Below, one piece after another: positions 34,932-43,985 of a DNA stretch of 64,000 nucleotides. Numbering within the stretch: position 1 is the first letter of the stretch; every line of letters begins with the position of its first letter. This DNA is from a virus. The position numbers and the translations under genes were made by a program. The notes below the pieces were generated by a model. The model searched no databases and was not told where the DNA came from. It saw only the letters and a list, made by a program, of their open reading frames with translations. The stretch lies in the IMG/VR virus record IMGVR_UViG_3300031578_000017; one strand, 5' to 3'.

Positions 34932-35217
34932 CTTTGCGAGGCGGACCCCACAGACCGGCAGACATCAGATAACAAACAGAGCTCGCTTCAATGTAGAAGT
35001 GAACCATGCCATTTTGATCTGCCACAAGACCGGCAGTCTTGGCAGTCTGACTAACTGCATCACCTTCTGCGCCAGTTAACGGAGCCATCGCCGCAATTGT
35101 AGCAAGACCAGTCGCAGCATGAGCAAGAGCGTTTGCATATGTATCGTACACGTTCACAGTCTTGCCTTCCATAAATTTGTTCGGACCAACAAAAACCTGA
35201 ACGAGAACCTTAGCCAT
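34912..35217 (-). CDS. small Ala/Thr/Gly-rich protein, virion-like
   Basis: 101 aa, AAGGAG RBS, codon usage GC-richer than neighbours. Confidence 0.7.
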   Translation of the reverse strand: MAKVLVQVFVGPNKFMEGKTVNVYDTYANALAHAATGLATIAAMAPLTGAEGDAVSQTAKTAGLVADQNGMVHFYIEASSVCYLMSAGLWGPPRKVVAHSA

Positions 35218-35288
35218 TTTACATCTCCTTTTCTGAAAAAATGAGGGTTGACATGTCCCCTCAACAAAGAATATATCATTCTATAATT

Positions 35289-36380
35289 CTAAACTAAAGT
35301 AAATCTCATATTAAAGCTATCAAATACTTTTTCACAATTCTTAATCCATTTCATATTGTAATAAATTGGATTATCAAGATCATTATGTTCAGCCCATTTT
35401 CTTATATTGCTGACTGCATTATATAAATTATTATCAAATTCAAACATAATGTTTTTAAACAATTTAGAACCATCTGTCCTATATGTTCTGATATCTTTTG
35501 GCATATCATATCTTGCCTTTACTGGAACATCCAAAATTCCAGCTATTTGCAATCCTAATTCAGACATCCTATAATTACAACCGACTACATTGTATATTTT
35601 CCCCTTGCTAAATTTGTTATATTCATTTTCAGACATCATCACGATTTTCATATACAGGCGCACAGCGTCTGATACGTGAACTAAAGGTCTCCAATTTTCA
35701 CCACCACCCCACAATTCTATTTTCTTGAATCTTACAGCATTAGTAACCATTGTGTTGATAGCAAGATCTAATCTCATCCTAGGTGATACACCATACAGTG
35801 TTCCTTTCCTTAATATAACTGGTTTTAATCCTTTCTTATTTAGAATATATTTTTCGCCCATAGCTTTGGATAAAGCGTAGTTTGATTTAGGACTTATTGG
35901 ACCATCTTCTATACAAAGATTTTCTTCCATGTCTCCATATACAGAAGCGGAACTAGCAAACACAAATCTCGGTACACCAAACTCGACACACCTATCAACG
36001 ATCATTTCTGTTTGTAAACAATTCATGTCTTTATTTGCTATTGCATCATAATCTGCCATTGGATCATTAGATAAACCTGCTAAATGAATAACAATTTTTG
36101 TCTGGCTCAACAGCTTTGCCATAAGAGTTCTGTTAGCAGTAAAAGATCTAACAGAAGTCTTATATAAATTTTCAGGATGAGCACATTTCTTATGAACTTC
36201 ATTGAATCCAAACAATCCTTGATCAACACAAATAAGATTTTCTCTTGTGAAGTGTTTGTTTTGTAATTCTTGGATTAGGAGCGATCCAACAAATCCCGCT
36301 CCGCCAGTTACTATTATCTTCTCTCTTTTTTCTTTCATTTGTTCTGTGTCTCCCATACTCCAGCGCCGTATGTATCCCAA
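35289..36380 (-). CDS. NAD-dependent nucleotide-sugar epimerase/dehydratase (extended SDR)
   Basis: TGGAGFVGS, HLAGLSNDP, ASSASVYG, YALSK, RPLVHVSD. Confidence 0.9.
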   Translation of the reverse strand: MGYIRRWSMGDTEQMKEKREKIIVTGGAGFVGSLLIQELQNKHFTRENLICVDQGLFGFNEVHKKCAHPENLYKTSVRSFTANRTLMAKLLSQTKIVIHLAGLSNDPMADYDAIANKDMNCLQTEMIVDRCVEFGVPRFVFASSASVYGDMEENLCIEDGPISPKSNYALSKAMGEKYILNKKGLKPVILRKGTLYGVSPRMRLDLAINTMVTNAVRFKKIELWGGGENWRPLVHVSDAVRLYMKIVMMSENEYNKFSKGKIYNVVGCNYRMSELGLQIAGILDVPVKARYDMPKDIRTYRTDGSKLFKNIMFEFDNNLYNAVSNIRKWAEHNDLDNPIYYNMKWIKNCEKVFDSFNMRFTLV

Positions 36381-36829
36381 GGAATTCTGAATTCATCTAA
36401 TCCAAACGCTTTATTCTCCCCCTTATATAGTGTGCTTGCGCCAGAAATAAGAATAGTGCCAATGTCTGCCTTCCAACCATGGAATACACCTGTAGGAACT
36501 GTAATTAATTGCAATCTTTGATCTGTAACATTTATAATTTCCATATTTTCAAATGTCTTCGAATCTGGTCTGTCGTCTACAAAAACGAATTTACCATTTC
36601 CTTGAATGATACAAAAATAATCAACAAGCCTATCATGTTTATGAAATGCTCTAACCGCCTTTGTCTTGTTTGCAACAAGATAAATTTGTTTCAAACTTAT
36701 CTTATTAAAATATTCATCACACCAATCGTCACGCATAAGCTCAACAAGAATTCCTCGATCATCTACATTTACATGTAGATCTCGAACGTGTATCCCATCA
36801 ATTTTACCTACCTTAAAAGTTGTAGTCAT
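36335..36829 (-). CDS. rmlC: dTDP-4-dehydrorhamnose 3,5-epimerase family (cupin)
   Basis: DDRGILVEL, VRAFHKH, FVDDRPDSKTF, VPTGVFHGW. Confidence 0.85.
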   Translation of the reverse strand: MTTTFKVGKIDGIHVRDLHVNVDDRGILVELMRDDWCDEYFNKISLKQIYLVANKTKAVRAFHKHDRLVDYFCIIQGNGKFVFVDDRPDSKTFENMEIINVTDQRLQLITVPTGVFHGWKADIGTILISGASTLYKGENKAFGLDEFRIPWDTYGAGVWETQNK

Positions 36830-37607
36830 TGCCCAAAATTCCTTTCATTTTTGTCAAATCAAAACTTGTATCGCGAGGAACATCTGAACCTTCTTGTATC
36901 TTGTTTGGTTTTACATCTGGTTTGATATTCTGTGCTAATTCATAAAAACTTTTTCTTTCTGTACCAACATGCAAAATACCACTCCACAATTTATAAAGCA
37001 AGGAACAATGTACTATCAATGGAACTATTTTTTTAACCGTATCTCTTGAAGAATATTTATCTTCATACGCAAAATCGTAAGGCCAAGTTGGTCCACAGAA
37101 ACTTGTGCGTATAACTCTATGTCCGCTAGATAAAAATATTCCTTCAGCGTACCATTTTGTCTTAGCATAAAATCCTAAAGGATTTGGAACATCTCCTTCA
37201 CAATAATTTCCAACAGTACCATCAAACACATAATCTGTTGAAATATAAATTATCTTTACATCTTTAGCTTCTCTACAAACTACAGACGGTGATTCACAGT
37301 TGACAATATAGGTTTTGTTACGTCCATATTTCTTGAATCTTTCTTGAGTATACGATGCAGCATGGATTACAATATCAAGATTGTATTTGAAAAATGAATT
37401 CGATAAATCTATTGGTGAATTAAGATCACAGTCTGAATGATATGGGAACATAACCATCATATTATCATTTTCTAATATAGTTCCAAATGGATATTTAGTT
37501 TCTCTCAAATTAAAGTTTCTAACAAAATAATTCTTTATTTCCGTTCCTAATAAACCTGTACCTCCTAAAATACCAATCCTCATGTCTTTATTTCTCCTCC
37601 AATGCAA
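36813..37607 (-). CDS. rmlD: dTDP-4-dehydrorhamnose reductase family
   Basis: GGTGLLG, HAASYT, ISTDYVFDG, YAKTK. Confidence 0.85.
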   Translation of the reverse strand: MHWRRNKDMRIGILGGTGLLGTEIKNYFVRNFNLRETKYPFGTILENDNMMVMFPYHSDCDLNSPIDLSNSFFKYNLDIVIHAASYTQERFKKYGRNKTYIVNCESPSVVCREAKDVKIIYISTDYVFDGTVGNYCEGDVPNPLGFYAKTKWYAEGIFLSSGHRVIRTSFCGPTWPYDFAYEDKYSSRDTVKKIVPLIVHCSLLYKLWSGILHVGTERKSFYELAQNIKPDVKPNKIQEGSDVPRDTSFDLTKMKGILGNDYNF

Positions 37608-38566
37608 CCGCTTACATTACCGATAACTTTAACACCCAATCTACGTAATACCGTTGGAATATTAACTAATTTAATTTCCAGATCACTATTAATTCTCATG
37701 ACTTTTTTAACTTTGATTTGATTTTGTTGTATTGCTTTATCTACCAAACCCTTTAGCAATTCTTTTTCCCAATCTTCATACATTTCTTCTTTAGTTCTAA
37801 TCCTAGCCAATTTGTAAGACATCATTATATTTTTTCGCTTTTTTTTCAATCTATCTTTCCACTTATCTATCGTACAATTATCTATTGCATCTGCTAAATT
37901 TTTCTTTCCATCTAATACCTTCTTGGCTGCTGCTTCACCAAATTTGCATTTTATAAGTTTCATATTTGTTTCATCGACATCCAGACAACCTGGAATAAAA
38001 TCGCTATCTTCACCCATTAATGCTTTCATTCTGATCAATTGTTTTGGATTCACACCAAACTCTTCCATAATATCACGTTCTGTTTTAAAATGATCCATAA
38101 TTGGCCTATAGATTCTAATATCTTCTTTCTTTAAAACTTGATAAAAATCTTTATCGTTTGAAATTATTACTACTCTATGCCCTTGATTCTTTAATGACCA
38201 CGCTAAATATCCCATAACATCATCTGCTTCAATACCTTTAGCAATACACTGATTGATCCCGAATATTTCAAGATACTTACGCGCAGAATCTAGTTCGGCA
38301 AAATAATCTTTCATATCTATATATTTTCGATGTTTCTTGTAAAGAGGATATAATTTTCTACGATAATAGGATCCACTTACGTCCCAACAAATAGCTATCC
38401 TATCGAATTCTGTTTTCTTTACTAACGCATCTAGTGTGCGAAGTAATCCAAAGATAACAGTGGTGGGAATACCCATTGAAGTTTTGAGTAACCCACCCCT
38501 GCTCTCTTTAAATTGAGAATAGATGGCGAACGACATATTGTTGCCATCTAAAATTGCCACTTTCAT
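37580..38566 (-). CDS. 5'-3' exonuclease / RNase H (PolI N-terminal-like)
   Basis: ILDGNN, YRRKLYPLYKKHR, GIEADD, SNDKDFYQ, LMGEDSDFIPG. Confidence 0.9.
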   Translation of the reverse strand: MKVAILDGNNMSFAIYSQFKESRGGLLKTSMGIPTTVIFGLLRTLDALVKKTEFDRIAICWDVSGSYYRRKLYPLYKKHRKYIDMKDYFAELDSARKYLEIFGINQCIAKGIEADDVMGYLAWSLKNQGHRVVIISNDKDFYQVLKKEDIRIYRPIMDHFKTERDIMEEFGVNPKQLIRMKALMGEDSDFIPGCLDVDETNMKLIKCKFGEAAAKKVLDGKKNLADAIDNCTIDKWKDRLKKKRKNIMMSYKLARIRTKEEMYEDWEKELLKGLVDKAIQQNQIKVKKVMRINSDLEIKLVNIPTVLRRLGVKVIGNVSGCIGGEIKT

Positions 38567-38895
38567 TTTTTTCTTTCTTTATCTATGTCTTGCCTTCGTT
38601 TGTACACTGGATCACCATGTGTGTCTACTGCAACTGGCAAAAGTTCTGACTCTTCAATTTTATCTTTATCTTGAAAAACTTTAATGATTGAATTTGTTAA
38701 TTCTTTTACATCGGCATCTTCCTCTTTTGTCATTTTTACATCGAGCCTTATTTGAAAATCAAAATTTTCATCCTGCTTGGCTCTTTGTCCAACCATTAAT
38801 TCGATGTTTTCAAAAACTTCAACTAGGTTTTGCTTAATAGTCTTGTCTCCACACATTGTGTACAAGAAAGTTTGTACGTCATGGATTTTTGGCAT
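38563..38895 (-). CDS. hypothetical protein
   Basis: 110 aa, AGGAG RBS. Confidence 0.6.
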   Translation of the reverse strand: MPKIHDVQTFLYTMCGDKTIKQNLVEVFENIELMVGQRAKQDENFDFQIRLDVKMTKEEDADVKELTNSIIKVFQDKDKIEESELLPVAVDTHGDPVYKRRQDIDKERKK

Positions 38896-38979
38896 TCCCT
38901 TCTCCTAAAATGGTTGCCTACCTGCACTTATAAAGTAAACAACTATAGATAAATCTAAAGCAAATCAATTGACATTTTA

Positions 38980-39615
38980 TTAATGTCTTTTGATTTCTCC
39001 ATCTTGTATCTTCGACATCGTATATGCAAAACCTTCTTCTAAAGATACATTAAATTTATTCGCAAGTCTGCAACAACAAAACATTATATCTGTATACTGT
39101 CCAACAAATTCTTGTTCATTCCAACGCTTAGTTCTGCCCATATGTTCATAAAGAATCCATCGTTGATATTTAAACATCGCTTCACTCAATTTTAAAAGAA
39201 TCTCATTATATTCATATGCATGATTAGAACAATTTAATATTCTACAAAGTTCAGACCATTTTCCATGACTACATATTATTTTTATATTCTGTGTTCCTCT
39301 TCCAGTCATTTCGTAAGAAGCTATTGTGTGTAGCAAAATACTTGCCAATCCCTCACTCATAAATTTATAGAAAGCATCATCTTTTTTCATTTCAACATAA
39401 TCGAACAAATATCCTATCTGGTAAGCAGCTATCACACATCTTTCTAATGGGATTCCTACATCGCTTAACAATCTATGATTACCTGAAAATTTTTCTGCCC
39501 ACTCTATAACATTAGTTATTGAATTACAATTTATTTTATAATTCCAATCTGCTCTATGGTGTAAACCACTAATTTCATCTTCTCTCCAAGCATAGACAAC
39601 AGGAAGTTCTACCAT
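38980..39615 (-). CDS. all-alpha NTP pyrophosphohydrolase (MazG/dUTPase-like) candidate
   Basis: two helical repeats; C-terminal DIMFCCCRLANKFNVSLEEGF resembles MazG-type D..(I/L)A....IDLEEA. Confidence 0.45.
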   Translation of the reverse strand: MVELPVVYAWREDEISGLHHRADWNYKINCNSITNVIEWAEKFSGNHRLLSDVGIPLERCVIAAYQIGYLFDYVEMKKDDAFYKFMSEGLASILLHTIASYEMTGRGTQNIKIICSHGKWSELCRILNCSNHAYEYNEILLKLSEAMFKYQRWILYEHMGRTKRWNEQEFVGQYTDIMFCCCRLANKFNVSLEEGFAYTMSKIQDGEIKRH

Positions 39616-39642
39616 TTTATGTCTCCTTAGCTACTATAATAA

Positions 39643-40284
39643 CTACACTTCTAAGTCTGCAGATAATGTACAACTTACTCTACCAGAATCTGTTAACCTA
39701 AAATAATCTTCATTAGATATATTCATAATCTTTTGTACTAGCGGCCAGATATAACGAACACGGATAACACTAATGTAGCTTGCCGAGAATCCCAATTCTT
39801 GAGCAATTTCTATATTTGATTTTCCTTCTATAATATGCAAAAATATTTCTCTATGTACTTCGCGTTTTAGAGATCTAGTAACTGCTTCAACAATATCTTT
39901 AGATTCTATACTACTCAAAGGATTAGTTTCACGTTTTGTATCTATTGCAATCTGTTGAAGAATAGTATGGTCGTCGTGCGAAAAATCTTGTCCTGGAAGA
40001 TTAAAACTTGCACTTGAAATCGTTACATGAAATTTATGGAATTTTATTTCTTTTTTACGTATATCACGCATCAAATTTTTAATAACAGAAAACATAAACC
40101 TAAGATATTGTTGGTCGTCATTATAATAGTCAAAAAGTTTAATGAATTTTGCTTGAGATTCATTCATTATTTCATCAGTATCGTAATATAAACCCAACTG
40201 CATCTTAAGGGTTATAATAATCTTACGTACCTGCGCCTGTAATCTTACGTAAACTTTTTCTGCAGTTGAACCTCTGGTTGACAT
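39643..40284 (-). CDS. ECF-like RNA polymerase sigma factor
   Basis: region 2 (DEIMNE..F..F...VIKNLMRD..KKE) and region 4 HTH (EGKSNIEIAQELGFSASYIS); promoter TTGCAT-N17-TATAAT at 40321-40349. Confidence 0.75.
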   Translation of the reverse strand: MSTRGSTAEKVYVRLQAQVRKIIITLKMQLGLYYDTDEIMNESQAKFIKLFDYYNDDQQYLRFMFSVIKNLMRDIRKKEIKFHKFHVTISSASFNLPGQDFSHDDHTILQQIAIDTKRETNPLSSIESKDIVEAVTRSLKREVHREIFLHIIEGKSNIEIAQELGFSASYISVIRVRYIWPLVQKIMNISNEDYFRLTDSGRVSCTLSADLEV

Positions 40285-40364
40285 TTATAAAACCCTTTCT
40301 TTAATGCCCCCACTATTTTAATTATATAGTCTGCTGGCAGTCTATGCAACTGTTTAAAAAACAA

Positions 40365-40392
40365 AAAAGAGTAGGTTTTACCCTACTCTTTT
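40365..40392 (-). terminator. intrinsic terminator (bidirectional-looking)
   Basis: AAAAGAGTAGG/CCTACTCTTTT stem with T-tracts on both strands. Confidence 0.7.
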
Positions 40393-40426
40393 GGTGTACT
40401 TCTCTTAAGTTGTAGGACTTTTTAGA

Positions 40427-40975
40427 TCAACCTTCTTTTTCTTTCTTAGAAGGCTTCTCTCCATCAACTTTCTTTTCTTTCTTGTCTCCTGCAACCTTTT
40501 CCTTCTTGTCTGCGGCTTCCTTACGGCGTTTCTCACGAGCCTCTTCAGCCTTCTTCTTCTTCGCTGCCTTCTCTTCTTCCAGTTTCTTAGCAGCTTCCGG
40601 ATCCGGCTTAGGCTGAGCAATCATCTCAACTTTACCGTTATTGTAGACCTTAAACATCTCAGGATGAGTTGCGTAAACGTAGTTCAGGTAGCCAGCGTCC
40701 AAGCTGAACTTTGCGCCCTTTTCCTTCTTGGTGCCAGCAAGAATGGCACGAATGTCTTTGGCATTCTTACCTTCCTTGACAGCGTTGGCAATGATCTCGA
40801 AAGCCACCTGTCGAGCCGATCCCGGCTCAAACCTTGTACCAGTCGCCGGATGGATAGCTGTCTTGGAGTTAGCCTTGGCTGCTCTCAAGATAACTTCCTT
40901 TACCTCGACCACTTTCTCCTTCTTGGGTTCCTTCTCAGCCTTAACTTCACCTTTGGGTTCCTTCTCGTCAGACAT
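40427..40975 (-). CDS. Lys/Glu-rich nucleoid/histone-like protein candidate
   Basis: folded core flanked by KE-rich tails; biased AAG/GAG codons. Confidence 0.65.
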   Translation of the reverse strand: MSDEKEPKGEVKAEKEPKKEKVVEVKEVILRAAKANSKTAIHPATGTRFEPGSARQVAFEIIANAVKEGKNAKDIRAILAGTKKEKGAKFSLDAGYLNYVYATHPEMFKVYNNGKVEMIAQPKPDPEAAKKLEEEKAAKKKKAEEAREKRRKEAADKKEKVAGDKKEKKVDGEKPSKKEKEG

Positions 40976-41144
40976 TTTGCTTCTCCTTGCCTATGGGGTT
41001 TCTCTCTTACCTACACATTTAACCACACTATCCGATCAAGCGTTTACGATCTTTTTACTTTTTTATCCTCCTTTCTTTAACCAGATAGACAACTTACCTA
41101 CATACCAGTATAACATATCTAGAAAATTTTAAACAAGTCTTTTA

Positions 41145-42305
41145 TTAAGGTAAACTTTCAGCGATTGAATTAATTCTTTCAGCTATCTTCGCACATTCAA
41201 AATTTTCTTTTGTTCTAACAAAAGCCTTTTGTCTTATTCCTTCTTTGTCTTTTTCTGGCAGGTCTATAAAGTCGTTGATTGATTTAGTAACATCTGCCAC
41301 ATCTATAGGCCAATATTCTCCATCAAAAATGTGGTTATATGGTCCCTGTCTACATTCTTCTGTGCAAAGAAGAACACATCCATATAAGCTACATTCATGA
41401 TGTGTATAGTTCTGGTAAGTACGAGTAGTCATATCTATACTACCTAAAGATTTTTTGTAAACACTCTTAATCACATCATAAGATTGAAAACCGTGATACT
41501 CATGCTTGTTTTCTTTTGTGACATAACAATCTTCTACCCAATCAACTCTAATAGAACTGTTCCAATCAGAAGTCCATACAAGTTTGTGATATTCCATGCC
41601 ACCATTATAAAAATGAATTGGAACCTTTATATCGTTACCAGTTTCAAGGATCATCATGTGGTTTTTCCACTTGATCCACTGTGGACACATGCACAATCTT
41701 TGTTCTCTTTGTATGTCAGGATAATTTGTAGCACAGTTATCTGTATCTATTGGGAAATACAACCAATCTGTTAGAATCTTTTTTCCAGGAAGATTGGCAT
41801 AACTTTCCACAGATTCTATAAAATTATGCTGTGCAGCAAGTATAACATCTATATAATCGTGAACTTCTATAAACCATTCATTAGTCTTGTGCCATTTCTT
41901 ATCATGGAAGATAACAACTTTTGGTTTGTTACATAAGGTATATAAATCTTTCCATTCTGACATTCCTTCTGCTGCAAGATTCCCTTTTGTAGGGTGTGGT
42001 GAAGGATGAACAAATATTACGTAATCATAGTTTTCTAACAACTGCACATAATATTCTTTATTCCAAGCACCTTTAAATCCTAAAGATTTAGAAGGCACTT
42101 TTTCTCCACGTTTAAACTTATCACCTATAGGTGTAAAATCTGTTTCTGAACATTTAAATCTGCCTGTTCGTGTAGCATAATAATGATCTGCCTGCCACCC
42201 AATTTTTTCAAACCCCTTAACTATTTGGTGGGACCATGTGGTAATCCCACCAACATCAAGAAGTACCCAATTAATCAACAAAACTCTTTTCTTTTCTAAT
42301 TTCAC
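41145..42305 (-). CDS. DNA alpha-glucosyltransferase-like GT-B (T4 AGT family)
   Basis: GGITTW, VVIFHD, WIKWKN, NYTHHECSLYG parallel T4 AGT GCGVTKF, VVYQHD, TTTWKG, EYTHLELGACG; promoter GAC-TTGTTT-N18-TATACT lies downstream at 41107-41139 and serves the next gene. Confidence 0.75.
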   Translation of the reverse strand: MKLEKKRVLLINWVLLDVGGITTWSHQIVKGFEKIGWQADHYYATRTGRFKCSETDFTPIGDKFKRGEKVPSKSLGFKGAWNKEYYVQLLENYDYVIFVHPSPHPTKGNLAAEGMSEWKDLYTLCNKPKVVIFHDKKWHKTNEWFIEVHDYIDVILAAQHNFIESVESYANLPGKKILTDWLYFPIDTDNCATNYPDIQREQRLCMCPQWIKWKNHMMILETGNDIKVPIHFYNGGMEYHKLVWTSDWNSSIRVDWVEDCYVTKENKHEYHGFQSYDVIKSVYKKSLGSIDMTTRTYQNYTHHECSLYGCVLLCTEECRQGPYNHIFDGEYWPIDVADVTKSINDFIDLPEKDKEGIRQKAFVRTKENFECAKIAERINSIAESLP

Positions 42306-42317
42306 TTTATCATCCTT

Positions 42318-42929
42318 TTAAATTTCTTCCACATTAAAATAACTGTGTAGCTTTGTCCTAAGAGATAGTAGTTTTGAATTAAATTGTGCTGTCTCACCTT
42401 TTTCATAACCCATACATTCCATAATATCTTTCTTATCTAATTCTGAATCGAGATCATACAATTCTAATACTACTTCCATATATTCCCTATCCCACTCTGT
42501 AAAGAAAGTATACAGTGGTGGAACTTTAATTTTTTCGTACATATCTTTCACATTATCTATTGTTTCTTTCAATAATCTATTTTTTGTTTCATCGTTTACA
42601 GTCTTATGTTTAATATATTCATAAGTCTTTTCATCTACATTAAAATCAGATTCATTACCATGATCTTCTTCATTATCTTTTTTGTTACCAGAAGGGAATA
42701 CTAACTTTTTGTTTTTTCTAATATAAGTTGCTACATAGTGCAATACTTTTCTTCTAATCACACATCTTACAACCCAATCAAAATCTGTATATTTATTTCT
42801 TTTATGAAAAAGTGCTATCAATTCTGTACAAACAAAAGAATCCATATCTTCAAATTGATTCTTCAAAAACTGTTTTTTCTCACAACAGAATTTTATATAT
42901 GGTCTATATTCTTCTAAAAATTCTACCAA
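42318..42929 (-). CDS. second, divergent sigma70-like factor
   Basis: FLEEYRPYI...EDM.S...LI.LF...DW...VIRRKV (region 2-like); C-terminal HTH-like segment. Confidence 0.5.
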   Translation of the reverse strand: MVEFLEEYRPYIKFCCEKKQFLKNQFEDMDSFVCTELIALFHKRNKYTDFDWVVRCVIRRKVLHYVATYIRKNKKLVFPSGNKKDNEEDHGNESDFNVDEKTYEYIKHKTVNDETKNRLLKETIDNVKDMYEKIKVPPLYTFFTEWDREYMEVVLELYDLDSELDKKDIMECMGYEKGETAQFNSKLLSLRTKLHSYFNVEEI

Positions 42930-42930
42930 T

Positions 42931-43164
42931 TCATTTTGAAACTTGGTTAATTTCTCTACGAAAAAAGTCGGCTACCGTGCCAGTCCCTCCTATACCAAAT
43001 GTTTGTGCAGATAATCCAAATAATCTTTTCCCCAGATTGACAATACTTTCTTCATCTTTTGATATTGCTAACACTATAGATTTTGTACAATCATCACAAA
43101 TAGTTAATTCTTGCTCTGTGTTGAATTGAATTTTACAAACTCTACACACTTTTATCATTTTCAT
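42931..43164 (-). CDS. small Zn-finger protein
   Basis: CRVC...CDDC. Confidence 0.55.
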   Translation of the reverse strand: MKMIKVCRVCKIQFNTEQELTICDDCTKSIVLAISKDEESIVNLGKRLFGLSAQTFGIGGTGTVADFFRREINQVSK

Positions 43165-43197
43165 TCTCCTTGTGTGATATAACTTGAAACTACTTCA

Positions 43198-43563
43198 TTA
43201 TAAAATTCTTTTGGTGTACGAATTGTTTAACTTTTTTCTTAATCTTTGTTCGTTCTTTTCAATTTTGTCTTGCAGTAATGCTTTCATGTTTCCTAATTTC
43301 CCGTGTACACCTTCGTTTCCAGTATGGTGTGTTTCACATAAAGTGATTAAATTATTTGCAGAATTCTTTCCACCTAAACTTTTATATATGACATGATGTG
43401 TGTGGTCACCTTGCATACCACACATTTGACACAAATCATTATCTCTAGTCAAGACATAATTTCTTAGTTCTTTCGTTATTTCAAGATATTCTTTGTTCGG
43501 GTTTAAAGTTGAAAGACTAGTAACACTCATTGACATTCTTCTACTAACTTTTCTACTGCCCAT
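43198..43563 (-). CDS. HNH endonuclease
   Basis: RDN..CQMCG...HTHH.IYKS.GG.N...NLITLCE.HH. Confidence 0.85.
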   Translation of the reverse strand: MGSRKVSRRMSMSVTSLSTLNPNKEYLEITKELRNYVLTRDNDLCQMCGMQGDHTHHVIYKSLGGKNSANNLITLCETHHTGNEGVHGKLGNMKALLQDKIEKNEQRLRKKLNNSYTKRIL

Positions 43564-43985
43564 CTTGTTTTTCCTCCTATCTTAAATCTACCCATTTCTG
43601 TTGTGTGATTTCTAAAATCTTCTATTGTTAGTCTATCTGACATCTTTTTCTCTTCCATATACCCAATCTTACTTGGAGTACAAATGAAAGATGTTTCATG
43701 TTTTCTAAAACAAATAAGAAAGAATGCTTTACCTCCAGCCTTTTCTACACCGAATAGGCATGGAATTTGATGAGGTCTAACATCATTAACAATGTTAAAT
43801 GAATTTCCATCTGACAATTTACATTCTATAGCTATAAAAATAGAATTGTAAACAAAAAAGAAATCAAATGGTTTTTTACCTGTTCTACGCATATCTGGAA
43901 GTAACTGAACGAAACACTCATCACCATAAACTAATTTTAATTCTTTTCTTACTTGTGCAGAAAATATTGATTCAGTCTTTGCCAT
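43527..43985 (-). CDS. Holliday junction resolvase (RecU/PD-(D/E)xK type)
   Basis: E..FS...PFDFF...AIECK...HQI..L...GGKAFFLI. Confidence 0.75.
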   Translation of the reverse strand: MAKTESIFSAQVRKELKLVYGDECFVQLLPDMRRTGKKPFDFFFVYNSIFIAIECKLSDGNSFNIVNDVRPHQIPCLFGVEKAGGKAFFLICFRKHETSFICTPSKIGYMEEKKMSDRLTIEDFRNHTTEMGRFKIGGKTRWAVEKLVEECQ

